NCBI GenBank assembly: GCA_011109175.1
Contig: RDEW01000019.1
Coordinates: forward strand, 955,064-990,690
DNA length: 35,627 nucleotides
Source of the DNA: Dicyema japonicum
Lineage: Eukaryota; Animalia; Dicyemida
Reading direction: 5' to 3'
How positions within the stretch are numbered: position 1 is the stretch's first letter; each line of letters opens with the position of its first letter. The notes beneath the pieces were generated by a model. That model was not told where the DNA came from and did no database searches. It was given only the letters and a program-made list of their open reading frames with translations. Positions 34,330-35,627 of the stretch are shown here, one piece after another. The translations under genes were made by a program, and so were the position numbers.

Positions 34330-35627
34330 AACCGGCTGCATGGATAGCCAACGAGTTCCCTCGGAGTATGGTTATTCCAATTTTTTGTCTCAGTCATAAC
34401 GCTTCTCATTGATCCCTTTTCTTTCTGGCAAACATTCCTCCGAGTTCGCGCAAGAACTCAGCCGTCATTGGACCAACGGCTCCTAATGACTCGACCGCAA
34501 CAGGAGTAAATCGGTAGCGGTCCCCGAGGGAAGAATATTTCTTAATTTTTAGGTTTTACGCGGTCGAAGCAGCTGCTCCAGGTGTCTGAACCGATTTGAA
34601 AAGATTCGTGCTTGAAAATGTGTCAACACAAGTTGCGTCCAAGACCAAAGATCTTCCGGATGTGTAAGGGAAAAGGGTCATCCCGTCAGGTCTCTTTCCA
34701 TCTCCTCGATGGAGACCCATTGGTTCAAGCTGTGATGAGAAGCCTGTAGCCTTCATAGCTCTGACGATCACATCGTTCAGAGCAGCGTGACGTGGTCCTC
34801 TTCCGGCACTTTTTCTGCAGGACAGCGGATGCAATCCCTACTATTTTCCCGCAGCGACATCGGTGCTCTTGGCAAACGTCTAATCCTAGCCTTTGTCGAT
34901 TCAAATCCTAAAAAATTCGTCGTCCAAAAAGTCCCTAGGTTCGAGCAAGTATTGCACCAAGCCATGCTCCACTCTCCACTTCTGACACTAAGCTGACACC
35001 AAAACAAGCCAGACGATGTTGATTTGCTTCTTTTTTAAGGTCTTCCAAAATTTTGGAGCAGACAATGTTATCCCAATTACTTTGCTTGTTGTCTTCGGGA
35101 TTTTGAGTCCGGACCCGTTCCATTTCCGACAAGCTTCGTCAAATGACTCATTCCAGCGAAGTCCAATAGTGTTATGAAGGACTTGCCGTGTCAAATGGCT
35201 GCAGCTTGAGAGAGACGATAGGTATGCCGGGTACGCAACCTCCAGCGCCGATCTCATTCCGACACCCAAATCCAGAGGGAAGCTTACATTGTTTCCAACC
35301 AAGTTCGTCGAAGCGGACGTTAATTAGTGACTCACTGTTTGCTTGAGAGACTTGTCTATTGAAAGTAGAATGTCATATTGTTCGTAGCAGGGTGAACATC
35401 GGAGTAGATATAAAAGCTTGGGTAGTCCGATGTTGTTTCTCATCAGAAGAAAGATGTGTGAGAGTCGAGACATGACAATCTTTTCGCAAGGCGTGTTAAT
35501 TCTTCATTTTTGGAAAGTAGATGGTTCTTGAGTTCTTCTTCGCTGAGTGGGCATCCGAGGAAATATAATTTATCAACTGGCACAGTCGGGATCCCAGGAA
35601 GCAGTTCGTTAAAAGACTCCTTGATAG
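34330..35627 (-). mobile_element. CRE-like RLE non-LTR retrotransposon, 3' part, frameshifted; continues beyond the window
   Basis: GGLGV-type segment (LGVGMRS), GAWLGA, HPLSCRKSAGRGPRHAALND, LEPMGLHRGDGKRPDG..LDATCVDT and RQKIGITILRGNS. Confidence 0.85.

Overview
Eukaryotic, AT-rich nuclear DNA, almost certainly from an animal (ETS factor, PLC-gamma, C3orf33 homologue). All 15 inferred host introns are only 21-27 nt, which suggests a highly reduced parasite such as a dicyemid or myxozoan (inference only). Five host genes are present: the 3' part of a PLC-gamma, a divergent actin, PP1 inhibitor-2, an ETS factor and a C3orf33-like SNase-fold protein. They sit among mobile DNA that I estimate by hand at roughly two-thirds of the window. 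That DNA includes a full-length RTE LINE, a near full-length Ingi/Vingi-like LINE, several RLE-type (R4-like, CRE-like) remnants, a hAT MITE, an intron-containing integrase pseudogene and three or four short non-autonomous retroposon families, many with clear target-site duplications (TSDs). The best leads are: (1) the Ingi/Vingi-like LINE carries a 2A-like peptide and a 5' HDV-ribozyme-like fold; (2) a 4-copy SINE carries a similar pseudoknot plus a LINE-derived 3' stem-loop; (3) the ETS factor has a tandemly repeated eh1-like tail; (4) PLC-gamma has lost its cSH2 Arg, activating-Tyr linker and SH3 motifs together. All alignments, splice models and folds were done by eye; no searches were run.
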